Positions 18,497 through 30,400 of a DNA stretch of 64,000 nt are shown here, piece after piece. Within the stretch, counting starts at the first letter, position 1. The number at the start of each line of letters is the position of its first letter. Position numbers and translations under genes: made by a program. The notes beneath the pieces are model-generated. The model had not been told where the DNA came from. It ran no database searches and saw only the letters and a program-made list of their open reading frames with translations. This DNA is from Mantamonas sphyraenae STR306. Taxonomy: Eukaryota; Protista; CRuMs. The DNA lies in contig JAPMXV010000057.1 in NCBI GenBank assembly GCA_026936335.1, positions 299,437 to 363,436 on the forward strand, read 5' to 3'.

Positions 18497-20437
18497 ATGT
18501 TCACGCGCGGTCTGCGGCACGGACACAACGCATTCCGCGTCGCAATACGACAGAGTGGGGCTGTAGGCGTGCGTGAAGGACGCATGCAGTGTGGGATGGT
18601 GGTGCGCAGGATGACGAGTGCGAGCAAAGCCGGAAACAAGGAAGCGGGTCCAGCTCGGCGACTTTTCTTGGCGGGCGCCAGCGTTGGAGTGGGCGGGTGC
18701 ATGTGGGCGTTGGGGGATTCCACGCACCATGGCCAGGACTTGGTGGCGGCACCAGGGCTGGGCAGTTCGCTTCGGTCCAAGATGGAATCGTTCGAGGCCG
18801 GGATTGGCCAGCGGAGCAGTGCATTGGGCCAGCTGGCTTCCAGTGGCTACCGCTTTGCACGAGCGACGTATACGGCAGCTTGCATCATGATGGACTATAA
18901 ATGGACACTGTATGGCCTCGGAGAGACGCCGGAAGAGATGGATGCGTTCTGGAAGGCTGCAGCAGGCTGCCACAAACGGAGCGCCGAACGCCTCTATCAG
19001 CTGTGTTTGGATCTTGGAGGAACCTACACAAAGGCAGGACAACACATAGCATCCATGGGGCACGCTCTGCCTCCAGTGTACATCCAGGTGATGCGGCAGC
19101 TGCAGGATCGAGCGGAGCAACACGACTTTGACTCTGTGGTGACGCTATTTGCCAACGAGTTTGGCGTGCACCCGGACGAGCTCTTTGCCGATTTTTCCAG
19201 GGAACCGATCGCCAGCGCGAGCCTGGCGCAGGTGCACACGGCACGCGTGCGAAAGACGGGGCAGAAGGTGGCGGTCAAGGTGCAACATCCGTTTCTGAAG
19301 GAGCGGGTCTCGGCGGACATGTGGACGATTGGCGCGTTGCTGGACGCCATGATGTGGGTGTTTCCCATGTTCAACTTTGGCTGGGTGGTCCCGGAGTTTG
19401 AGGCGAATTTGCGAGCCGAATTGGATTTCCGCATCGAAGCGAGCAACTCGGAACGTGTGGGGCTGTCGATGCAGCGCTCGAAGCGTTATTCTGTGCCGTC
19501 GGTGCTGCACGAGTATAGCAGCGACAAGGTCCTGACGATGGAGTTTGTGAATGGATGCCGCATCGACGACTTGGACGGCCTTCGGGCACGCGGAATCGAC
19601 TCGCGGCTGGTGGCTATGTCCATGATGCAGCTGTTTGCGAAGCAAATCTTTGTGCACGGATTCATTCATTGCGATCCGCATCCTGGCAACGTGCTCATAC
19701 GCATTCCTGGCGAACAGGAAGGAGAGGTGAAACCCGAGGACAACCCTCAGGGCGATTTCGAACTGGTTCTGCTGGACCACGGCCTGTACAAAGAGTTGGA
19801 CGATGCCACAAGGCTTGCGTACTGCAGGTTGTGGAAGAGTGTGGTGTACCTGGACAATGAGCAGATGGAGGCACAGTGCAAGGCGCTGGGTGTGGAGGAA
19901 TGGCGGCTGTTTTCTGTGATGCTGGTGCTGCCAACGATCCAGACGTCGAATATGACCAAGTCTGTCAAGTTGCCAATGAGCTCGACGGAGCTGCGGTCGA
20001 TGGGCAAGGGAGATTGGGTGGAGCTGACGGCGAAGATCAGCGAAATTCTGGCGGCGTTGCCAGAGCAGGTGAAGCTTTTGATGAAGGTGAACAATCTGCT
20101 GCGTGGCTTGAACAGGGACCTGGCAGACAATCGCATCGATCTTTTCCATCTGATGTGCCGCTATTCCATCTGGGGCGAGTACTGCCGGCGAGATTCGGAT
20201 GGGAGGAAGCCTGGGATTGTGCTGCGGCTGCGGATGAAGGGCGAAATGTGGGGACTGATGTCGCACATCTCGTGGATGGCATGGAAGTTTGCGTTTTGGC
20301 GTTGGGTGCTGGCGGTGTGGGGGTGGTGGAACGGGGAGGAGGTGACGATGCAGATGCTGCTGGGCACGGAGTGGGACTGGAGCAGGTTTGACAGGCGGAC
20401 AAAAAGGCAACGAGAGGCTGCGTTGGGCGCGGGCTGA
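18497..20437 (+). CDS. ABC1/UbiB-family atypical kinase (ADCK1/ADCK5-like), probably mitochondrial
   Basis: GGTYTKAGQ, PIASASLAQVH, VAVKVQHP, ELDFRIE, HCDPHPGN and LLDHGL. Confidence 0.92.
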   Translation: MFTRGLRHGHNAFRVAIRQSGAVGVREGRMQCGMVVRRMTSASKAGNKEAGPARRLFLAGASVGVGGCMWALGDSTHHGQDLVAAPGLGSSLRSKMESFEAGIGQRSSALGQLASSGYRFARATYTAACIMMDYKWTLYGLGETPEEMDAFWKAAAGCHKRSAERLYQLCLDLGGTYTKAGQHIASMGHALPPVYIQVMRQLQDRAEQHDFDSVVTLFANEFGVHPDELFADFSREPIASASLAQVHTARVRKTGQKVAVKVQHPFLKERVSADMWTIGALLDAMMWVFPMFNFGWVVPEFEANLRAELDFRIEASNSERVGLSMQRSKRYSVPSVLHEYSSDKVLTMEFVNGCRIDDLDGLRARGIDSRLVAMSMMQLFAKQIFVHGFIHCDPHPGNVLIRIPGEQEGEVKPEDNPQGDFELVLLDHGLYKELDDATRLAYCRLWKSVVYLDNEQMEAQCKALGVEEWRLFSVMLVLPTIQTSNMTKSVKLPMSSTELRSMGKGDWVELTAKISEILAALPEQVKLLMKVNNLLRGLNRDLADNRIDLFHLMCRYSIWGEYCRRDSDGRKPGIVLRLRMKGEMWGLMSHISWMAWKFAFWRWVLAVWGWWNGEEVTMQMLLGTEWDWSRFDRRTKRQREAALGAG

Positions 20438-20615
20438 TTGTGGAAAATGCGAGTGTGGGAGATCAGCGCGCCGGCGGAAGCAAGTCGGAATTCGCTCGGG
20501 CCTAGCCCACAAAAACAAAGCAGATCCCCAACACGTGTCTCCCTTTTTCGTGTCGAACCACACAGTGTGTGCCCGCCCCGGTCTTTGAGCATTAGAGAAA
20601 AGGAGAATCAGCATC

Positions 20616-23262
20616 ATGTCTGCGTGCAACGTCTGCGGATGCGACGACTACAGCGAGAACGTGTGGAAGCCTGGCAAATGCACAAACTGCTTCCACGACC
20701 ACAATGAAGAGCCCAAGGCAGCGGAACCCGAAGTGGAGGCCGAGGCCGAGGTGACAACGTCGTCGACGGCAAACGAGAGCGCTGAGCGTTCGCACAGCCG
20801 ACCTCAATCGTACAGCAGGCCGCCGTTTCGGCCGCCGCCTGCCCCGGAGGCCGGAAGCGAAGAATCAACGGACGACACAGGCGACGACAACGCGTGGGCT
20901 GAGGGTGACGAGGTGCCAGAAGTGCCGAAGCGCCCACCCGGACGGCCACGCGTGCCGCCGCCGCGCAGTCCCGGAGGAGCCCAAGAGGGCGAGGACGAGG
21001 ACAGTGACGGGTCCGGAGGACCACCTCCCATTCCGCGCAAGCCTAGTGTGTTGCGCAAGCAAATTGCAGCGTCGTCGTCTCCGGAGGAGCAAGGGAAACG
21101 TCCGCCAGCGAAGCAACCGCCGCCTCGGCCGCCACGGCAGCCATCGGTAGGTTTTCTGTGAGGAAAAAGGGGGAGAGGCGCGGTGCAGCGCGCAGGGTGC
21201 ACAGGGGATTGGAAGTCCATCGAGCATGGCCACGTGAACATGTGTCATGCAGTGGATGCGAGAGTGTGCTGCGGGGGTTGAGCCGTGTTGCGTTTGGCCA
21301 GCGAAGGAGAGCACTTTTTTCGCAGGTCGGGAGGGCTGGATTTTGGCATCTTCTCTCACACCCACAGAGCACACACACACACACACACACACAGACGACG
21401 TCGGGCCAGGGGAACGGAAACACAAATGAGATGGGGGAGGGAGATGAAGACGAGATGCAGAGCTCAAGCACAAGCACAACGAGCACGAGCAGCAGCAGCA
21501 GCGCAAGCAGCAGCAGCACGGGTGAAGAAGCCGGGAGCAGCAGCGGCGGAGGGGAGGCCCCCATCTGGGACACGGTGATCCCCATGGACTTTGAGGTGTT
21601 TGACAAGAAGCGAGACAAGATTGGATACGAGCTGTTGACAACGGAGCAGTCGTATGTGCGCTCGCTGAACGTGATGGTGGCGGTAAGTTCCCCTGCTGAA
21701 AAGTGGGCGGTGGAAAGCGCCTGACCCCAGCGGAAGAAACAACAGCAAGCATGCAGCTGACACACACACAAACTACGCAACACGCACACTTGTTCTCATT
21801 TTGCGCACGCCCCGCTTATGACGTGCACACAGGGCTTCCTGACGCCGCTGATGGAACGTCTGAACGGCAAAAAGGTGATAACCCAGGAGCAGATTGACAC
21901 CATTTTCGGCAACACGACGGCGTTGCTGAGCGTAAACGAGCTGTTGCTCAAGGGCCTGGTGGAACGCTTCGAGGAATGGTCCAACGAGCAGTGTTTGGGT
22001 GACGTGGTGTTGGAAATGGTAGGTTGCGTGCAAAAGAAGAACAGGGCGGCGCACACAACGCACAACGGAGCTTGCAACTCACACACGGCCATGCGCACAC
22101 AGACACCTTTCCTGAAGATGTACAAGATGTATGCAAACGGCCACGACGCAGCACGCGCCATGGTGGACAAGCTGGAGTCGTCCAACAGCGCATTCCGGAA
22201 CTTTCTGGCAGAGTGCGCAACTGATCCGCAGTTTCGGGGCCTGGACCTGCGTTCGTATCTAATTATGCCGATCCAGCGCGTGCCGCGGTACGTGATGCTG
22301 CTGCAGGACTATCTGAAGAACACAGAGGAAGATCACCCGGACTATGCGGATCTGAGCAGGGCACTGGAGGAGATGCGCGACGTGGCGACGTCGATCAACG
22401 AGAGTATCCGGCAGCGCGAAAACAGGGACAAGATCATCGAGATCCAGAACCGATGCATGGGTAACGTGACACTGGTGCAGCCCAGTCGCGTATTTATCAA
22501 AGAGGGCGACATGCTCAAGCTGTCGCGCAAGAAGAACCAGGTGCGGCGGTTCATCCTGTTCAACGATATGCTCATCTACGGCGACGTGGTCAGCGGCGAC
22601 AAAATCAACATTTCCAAGGAGCTCAAGACGATGAAGATGAACATTCAGAACGTGGAGGACAACGACGTGGTGCAAAACTCGTTCAACATCCTGGCCGACC
22701 AAAAGTCCTTTGGCGTGATGTGCGAGTCTCCGTCGGAAAAGGCAGAGTGGCTGAATGCGTTTGAACAGGCTGTGGGCCAGCAAAAGAAGCTGCGACAGAC
22801 CATGGCTCTGGACAGCGGCCTGGGGTTGGATGAGGACGTCGCGGCGCCCGTGTGGGTGCAAGACAACCAGGTCAAGGTTTGCCAAGCGTGCAACACCACC
22901 AAGTTTACGCTAGTCAAGCGAAGGCATCATTGCCGCAACGTAAGTATTCGTGGGAAGTGTGTGTGAGTGTGTGTGTGCGTGTACCTGTTGGCTGACACGA
23001 GACGACGTCGATGCACATTGCACGTACGGCGGATTATGGTGCCATCTCACAGTGTGGAAAGGTTGTATGTGATCCGTGCAGCAAGAACAGGCAAGTGTTG
23101 CCTCATCAGGAGGGCCCGCAGCGCGTTTGCGACGGTTGCTTTTACCTGATCACCAGTGCCAAGTACTCGCAACAGCGTAAGCAGGAGACAGCCGCTTCGG
23201 GAAACAGCATCCAAGTATTGGAGGACAGTGAGGAGGAGGAAGACATTGACTTTGCCCCGTGA
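20616..23262 (+). CDS. FGD-like Rho GEF (DH-PH-FYVE), 5 exons
   Basis: Exons 20616-21146, 21395-21682, 21833-22018, 22103-22939 and 23053-23262, all GT-AG and frame-consistent. DH: ELLTTEQSYVRSL and LIMPIQRVPRY. FYVE: WVQD..C..C..RRHHCRNCG. Confidence 0.92.
21370..21393. repeat. (CA)n microsatellite at intron 3' end
   Basis: About 12 CA units directly before the acceptor CAG at 21392-21394. Confidence 0.9.
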
Positions 23263-23306
23263 GGGGGTCAAAATACATTTTTGCAGCTGTGCAGCTCGAT
23301 CCGCGT

Positions 23307-24773
23307 TCATTGCTCCACGGCAAAGATGTCGGTCATCTCAAAGTGATTAAAGGTGCGCGCGTACGCATCGATGCTGCCAGCGGCGTTGGGGGAGCCTGCG
23401 TTGGCGACGTAGATGTCGAGGGCAGGTTTGGCAAGGTCGTAGATGACTGCCTGTGTGTTGCCTGTCTTGACAACGCTGGTGAGGTAGATTGTGTTGTCGA
23501 CCGTAAAGTTGCGTGCAGCGGCGAGATTCTGCAGGACCTGTGCCTGGCAGTTCATGTGGACACCAAAGTAGGCGACGTCCTTGATCTCCTTGGGGTGCTC
23601 GCTGTTGGTGGGCTCGTTGTTCCAGGCATAGGTCTTGAGGCTCTCGAAGCAGTAGTCGTAGGCGTTGAAGTTGTTGCTCTTGCCATCGCCGACGCCAAGG
23701 TGGATGGCGCATGTGCGGTGGGCGGCGCTCATGCGGTTGGTGGCGTCTGCGACGCTGTTGTCGTACTCCAGAATGTCGCGGAGAACAAAGTAGAAGGGCA
23801 TACCGAGACGGCTGGTGGTGCCCAGATGGTTATCGGCAAACTTTTCGCTGATGGCAAGGCGAGAGGAGCTGACGCCCGAGATGGCACCGAGGAAGCCGCA
23901 CCAGCCGATGTTGGCGAAAGTGTGGCCACCGTCGGCGGTGCTGTTGTCTGCGTGATAGACGGTGATTGCGTTGCAGGAGGTGAGGGGCGACTTGTTGTCC
24001 CAGTCGAGCGCACGGAGCTGGAGGAGGGAACCGTCGGGGGTTGCGGTGGAGCCAAACAGGGAGCAGCCGGCCTTGATGAGCTCGGGCAGCATGTGCAGGT
24101 TGAGGACGTCCTCGTAGTTGAGGCCACTTCCGTCGGCGAGTCCCTGCATTTCTTCAAAGAAGCGCACGGGGGTGTACTTGCGAGTAAACTCGGCAGTCCA
24201 CTTGAGGGCCTCGGTGATGCCCACCTCGGCGACCCAGTTGCGGACGGGCTCGGGCAGTTCTTGATGTACTGCTCCAGCTCCTGCTCCACATGCTTGAGCA
24301 TGCCCGGGATGACGTACTGCAGCTTGTCTGCCAGCAGCTGGCCCTGGGCGAGGCCGCGCTCAAACGGCCTGCCGAGTCGAATGGAGGACATGAATGGGTG
24401 TGCAAGAGTTGGCAAAGCGCACGCATGCATGAAGATGACACGTTGTCAGCGATCACACCGCGTATACAAGGCAGGACAACTGGGACAAACCAAAAAAAAG
24501 GGCGAGATGCGTGCGTGTATGAAAGGTTGGCAGGACAGCAACTCACGTGCCCCACAGGTGTGTGACGTAAACAATGTCGTCGGCAATACCGGCCTTGTAC
24601 AGCTTGCCGTTGGTGACGGTCTTGACAAGCTGCATGTCCTTGGTGATGGCGGTGCCGGTGTAGATGGGCAGGTTGTTGGGCGTTCCCGAGCAGCCCGAGG
24701 GCTCCTGGGCACACACGACGACCACGCAGAGAGCGATGGCCAAGGTAATGTAGGTGGACACACGAGCAGTCAT
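23307..24773 (-). CDS. Secreted/lysosomal Ntn-hydrolase (acid ceramidase/peptidase C45-like); 2 exons, frameshift near 24257
   Basis: Signal peptide in exon 1 (24773-24547). Intron 24546-24369 (GTGAGT..GGCAG). Motifs FFEEMQGLADGSG, AG|CS (nucleophile Cys) and LQLRALDW. Confidence 0.8.
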
Positions 24774-24862
24774 GGAAAGAATGTGCGTGGGATTTTGTTG
24801 GAAAGGGAGGCGGAACGGCGCTGCGCGCGGAGGAGCGAGACCGGCCGTGATGGCCAGATCGG

Positions 24863-26473
24863 TCATTGACCACGAATGCCCACCACAGTGATCTCACTGA
24901 GCCAGACACCAAACACGACCAGCAAAATGCCCATGGCTGTGCCGGAAATCGAGAGAAGGGGTTGGTAGATGAGCTCCTGCCAAAGAAGCATGGCTGTGCC
25001 GACGCCAAAGAGGACCCAGAGCTGAGAGTAAAGGCCGAGATGGTCCTTCTTGCCAAAGGAGCGGACCATACGCTGTACAACGAGAGAGTGGAGGAGGACA
25101 AAGACGGCGAGGGCGCCGACGATGACATAAGTGTGCCAGTAGACAAATTGGTTGCGCGTGATGCGCTGGAAAAAGGAGAAGCTCAGCAGTCCTGCACATG
25201 CCTTTCCAGCAGAGAGTGCAAGGGCGCCGAGGAGAGCGCCCAGAGAACTGGCCAAGCCGATGTACACGCGTTTGCGAGCCTTGCGGCGTGCACGTCGTTC
25301 CTGCTTCGCCTTGCGTGGGTTGGGTCGCACCACCCGCAGATGCTGGTGCTCCCTCTCGTCGTCGCTTGTCTCTGCGTCTGCGTCGGCTCCGTCGTCGCTG
25401 CGTGCGCCAAAGCCAAATGTCGACCACAAGGACGTGAGTGCCCCGGGGCTTTGAGCCTCGTTGTCGTCGTCTACCTCTGCTGCAACGGGTAACTTGTTCT
25501 TACTGCTGGACCTGCGAGAGGACCCAGCTGTGTCATCGTTGTCGTCGTCATCAAAGAGCGAACGCGGAGAGTGAGCACGTCGATTTCCTTCAAGCGAAAA
25601 GTCGAGGCCGGCTGCGCCCGAGCTGCCACTCCTAGGAGTGCCCTTGGCCTTGGAAGCCTTGCGCTTGCGGCTAAAGCTGCTGGAGGAGGAGGACGGGGCG
25701 CTGGAGCTGCCTTTGCGAGGTGTGGAGGAGGGAGGGAGGCTGTCGTAGCGATTGCCGGCGGCCCGGCTGCCATACAGGTAGTCCATGACAAATACGGCGG
25801 CGGTGAGGACGACCATGTAGCATCCAATACCCAGGAGGGTCCAGTAGATGTAGGGTTGCTCCACGACGTCGTAGATGGCAAATATGTCGAGGAGGTCGGT
25901 TTCCTGGGTGGCAAAGGTGAGGCACAGGGCGTTGCCGATGACGATTGCAAGTACGCCGCTTGTTTGGCGCCGTGTAATGGACTGGTGCATCAAAAGACGC
26001 ATGGCAATAAGTTGGAGTACAGCCACCATGGTGGCTAAGAGAGAGAACGGGCCGCGACGCAGCACCGGGCAGTGCACATGCGAGTACACGGGCAAGGGTG
26101 TGTGAGAGGAGCAAACGTACCAACAAGGCGAGGGAAGAGGAGTGGGGGGGAGTGGGGGGGGCGGGGTGGGGGGCAGCAGAGAAATGGACGATGGAGGGAG
26201 AAGGGGTCACGTACACAGAACGACAAATAGGATCTGCGGGAGGAGCAGTAGGGATACAGCATCAAGGAGATTGCCAACATAGACCATGCCGAGGCCGGCC
26301 CACCAGAGGGGCTGCTTGATGAAAGGAATCATGGTAAGGGAGTGGACGTTTGAGGCACTAAAGGAAAACTGCTGCAAGGAGACGCCAAACTGGGTGAGAA
26401 TGATGGCAACCCCTTTTACAGCCGCCCCGTAGTAGGAATAGGTGGGCGGCTCTGCAAACTCCTGTGCAAGCAT
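24863..26473 (-). CDS. NIPA-family magnesium transporter-like protein, 2 exons
   Basis: FGVSLQQ...KQPLWWAGLGMVYVGN resembles the NIPA N-terminus. Exons are 26473-26215 and 26034-24863 (GTACGT..CTTAG). About 9 TM segments with a long internal loop. Confidence 0.75.
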
Positions 26474-26579
26474 GGGCAGCAGGAATGGGTTGGAAGCGGA
26501 GGGGCTGGGCAAAGACAACGTTGCGGACCTGTGCTGTGCGCCGAGTCGAGCATCGAAAACCAACTCCGACAAGCAAAAC

Positions 26580-27153
26580 ATGAGCAACACACAGGAATCG
26601 ACGCAGGAGCAGGAGGTGAAGGTGTGCACGGGCGACGAGGTGGAGCACGGCTCTCTGGACGGCCCGCGCCAGGTGAAAATCGAACCGGGCAAGCTGTTCA
26701 AGGTGTGCACGTGCGGCCTGAGCGAAGACTTTCCGCGCGTAAGTTTATCCTTGATGACGTGGCGCCCATGTATGGCCGAGTGTAGACGAGGAGAGAGGGT
26801 GGTGAAAGTGGAGCAGATGGGAGCTGGGCGGGTGGGCGAGCGGGAGGGAAAAAGTGGCCGCGGCGGTAACGGACAATCGGGTCGCTAACATGGACCTGGA
26901 ACACACTGCGAATGGGCGATGGGTTGCCTGACGTGCGATGCAATTGGCCACGCGCCGTTCTCGGCTATGTGCGATATGATGCGGGCAGTGTGACAGCTCG
27001 CACAACAAGATTGAGGGCAAGCCGTACAAGTCGTACAAGCTGAAGAACGAGACGGAGGAGACGCAGGAGTACTGGATCTGCACGTGCGGCTACTCCAGCA
27101 AGCGCCGAGCTGGCGACACCTGGGAGTGCGATGGCAGCCACAACGTGGTGTAG
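26580..27153 (+). CDS. Two-domain CDGSH iron-sulfur protein (CISD3-like), 2 exons; not resolved in the ORF track
   Basis: Exons 26580-26738 and 26989-27153 give ...CTCGLSEDFPR|CDSSH... and WICTCGYSSKRRAGDTWECDGSH. Confidence 0.9.
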
Positions 27154-27495
27154 GTTGTGTTGTGGACTGGCAACATGGGGTGCGTCGCCGCTGCTGTGTG
27201 TTGCGTCACTGACACTCTCGTGGGGGGTGGGGGGATCTCACAGGAAGAAGCAAAGGAACACCAAGCCCGAGTCGGTGTTGCTCGTGACTGCACTGAGCAT
27301 GCTGGCCGTTGTGGGACTGGGTCTGTTCAAGAGCGGCAACAGCGAGAAGAACTGAAGCAGAAAGCAAAGAATGCAACAGATGTGCTCCTTGTTTGGTTGC
27401 CCTCCACTCCACTCCGTTCTTGTGCCCTTTGTTTCTCCGTTGCAACTTTGTGTCGGGGCACGCAGTGCGCAGAGGAAAGAAAAGAAACGCTGGCC

Positions 27496-30400
27496 ATGTC
27501 TGACGACGATTCGGTGCTGCTGCACGCCTTTGTGGGCTTGCTGACAGAGCACATTCCGTTGTATGCATCGATGGCAACGAGTGTGGGCACAGCGGCGGCC
27601 GAGTCCAATTTTCTGCACTGCCTCTTTGCGCTGGAGCACAGTCGGGCGGCAAGCAGCAATCTCGACGCCACTGCAGCGTCGACCCGTGCGCTCTTTCAGA
27701 CGACAGATGGCATCTTGCATGGGATGGATGCGTCGCAACAATTGAAGTTCTTACAGGATGTGGAGCGTTTGGCAACACAGGAGCAGTTTGGCACGTATGT
27801 GGAGGCGTTGAAGGAAACGGTGGAGGCGCGTCAACCGCAACGCATCGACGACCCGCTGTACAACCCGGACCGTGTGGAGGAATTGTTGCGCGAGCGCATG
27901 GGTGACAGTGAAGTAGACGTGGCGGTGCACAAGGCGAGCGAGAAAGGCCAAAGAAAGGACGAGCATGGCAGCGGGGACGAGACAAGTCGAGCGCGCGCGC
28001 CGGATTTTGCGCAGCACGGCCAGTTGACAACGCAGCTGCAGGCTGTGTTTGACACGTTTCGCATGATGGAACACAAAACCATGCGGCCAGAGGAGCTGCA
28101 GCAACAGCTGGTCTTGACGCAGAACAAGGTGAGCGGGCTGGAGGCTTTGCACGGAGTCACGGTGGCCTTGCCCGTGGTGCTGCGCAGACTGGACGCAAGC
28201 GTGGGCGACCTGCCGGCTGTGTATCTGCTGCACACAGGTGTCAAGTTGCTCGCAGACAGGCTGCTGCTGCAGGGACATGGTCCACGCGCGCGGGAGGCGT
28301 ACGATGCGTTTCGCGAGCGTGTCAGCACACAGGCACACAAGAGCAACACTGGGTATGATCCGATGCTCCTACTTGAAGAGGTTGTCAAATTGTCCCACGT
28401 GCAGCTGGAGAAGCCGTACGCAGCCCCCACACATGTGTACGCGGCGTGGCGCGAGTACAGCACGGTGTTGGCATCGCACGACGCGTTGCATGACCTTCAC
28501 CGCAGCCGTCTGGACACCATGTTGCCGTCGCTGCTGCCGTTCTGGATGAACTACAGACAGAGCTTGAGTGCGTTGCGCACAAATGTTGCCGAGCGGCTGG
28601 GGCAGGACACGAGCAACTTGGCCAAGGACGTGCATACATGGATGTTGCAACTGCTGGCCACGCTGGTGGCTGACGCAGAGTTGGTGTTGGGCCCTCCGCC
28701 GTGTGCGTTTTCCCTGCTCGCGTTTGGCGACCTCAGCCGAGGGTTTGTCACTCCATACTCCGCGGTACAGCTTGCGGTGCTGGTGGATCAGCGCCACGAG
28801 TACTTTGACGCCCTGGTACGCTTGCTGCACTTTAAATTTCTGTGTTTCGACGAGACGCACGAGAGCAGGCCGGGACTAAGACTGCACTTTACCCACAACC
28901 CGGTGACCATGCCCGCGCTGCTGGACACGCCGGAAGGCATGGCGTCGTACTTTTATGGAGACGGGGCGCTGAAGCTGATCAAGTCGGCGATGAGCGGGCG
29001 CAGGGCGAACAAGGGCGAGAGATCAGGCACAGCACGGGGGCTGGTGTCTGACACACCACGACTTGACCAAGTGCGCGGCACACGGTGGCACTTTGGCGAT
29101 TCGCAGTTCCACTTTGACACGTTTGCCAACATGTACTCGTCACGTAGCATGGCGCAGTATTCGACCTCTGAAGTGGTGGAGGACCTGAGTGCCACTTTGG
29201 ACAACCTCCTGGGCGAATCCAAGGCCATGGGCCGGATCCAGGCACCGGCGGGAGAAGAGATCCATGCAAACACGTTTGCCACGGTGGCCCTGTCTCTGTT
29301 GGACGCGGTCGTCATGTACAGTCACAGTGTGTCCACGTCGTCGTCGTCATCATCATCGGCGCCGGCAGCAGAGGGAGCAGAGGGGGCAGACGCTGCGGGC
29401 GGTCTTTTTGCGCAGCTGCACGCACACATTCACACGCATCTGGTTGCGCAAGACGTGGTGCGTCAGATGCCGCTGCACCAGTCCCTGGCGCTGGAGTGCT
29501 TCTCATCACTGGTGCAGGAGTATGAATCGGTGCGGCACAGCAGCGTGGGCGCGCGACTCAATCTTTGGCAAGAGTGCATCGAGCCCGTGCACAGACTCCT
29601 GGTGGCCATGTTGCTCTATTTCAACATGCCTCTGGGCAGCGTGGGACACAATTTCAATGCTTTGTGCAAGCGAGCCATCCTGGATTGGTCGTTTGGGGAC
29701 ATGGCTATGCAGCTCGCAGGCCGGTTGCACGTACTGCGCCTCTCGGCCTCCATCCAGGCGGGTGTGGCGTGTGACGACATGCAACTGAAAGACGAGAGCT
29801 CATCGTCGTCGTCGTCGTCGTCGTCATCGTCGTCGTCCATGTGGCTGAAGGACATGCAGGGCACGACAGACACGTCGACGCACGTGCGGCATCGAGTGAC
29901 CAGCGGACAGCGCAAGGTCGTGCTGGCATGGTACTGGTCTGTGTTGCGTGCCATGTTCAATGGCTGTGTGCGAGAGTTGGAGTCGTTCAAAGAGTATGCG
30001 CGGCTGCAAAACGCGCTGCCAGACACAGAGAGCAAGCTGACGTCGGATACGAGTCACCTGTTTGACTGGAGGGCGTACCACCCCATCGACGAGGACTTTT
30101 TGCACAACTTGGTGTATCGGCAGGCGTCGAGTGCGTTCAAGTACAGCAACAGTGTGCAGCTTCTGGAATCGATCGAAGGGGTGTTGTACTGCCTCAGCCT
30201 CAAGGCCGACCACTCGTACCGCGCAGTAGTGGCGAACCATCGCGCATACTACGTACAACTGCCTGACCAGTTCCGCAAGGTGTACCTGAGCAAGATGGAG
30301 GAGATTGAACACGAAGACGTGATGACGCTGATGCGCGAGAATCTGGCCAGCCACCCGGATCCAGGAGGAGAACGTGCGGATGCCCAAGAGCGACAAAGAG

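Noticed and set aside
22019-22102. Apparent insertion in the DH domain
   Set aside because: It is an 84-nt in-frame, stop-free GT-AG intron (GTAGGT..CACAG).
27157-27495. N-terminal extension of the 3151-aa ORF (likewise the extensions on the PIG-L, GBA2, PMT and PHTF-like ORFs)
   Set aside because: They use alternative starts or overlap neighbouring genes, and their composition looks non-coding.
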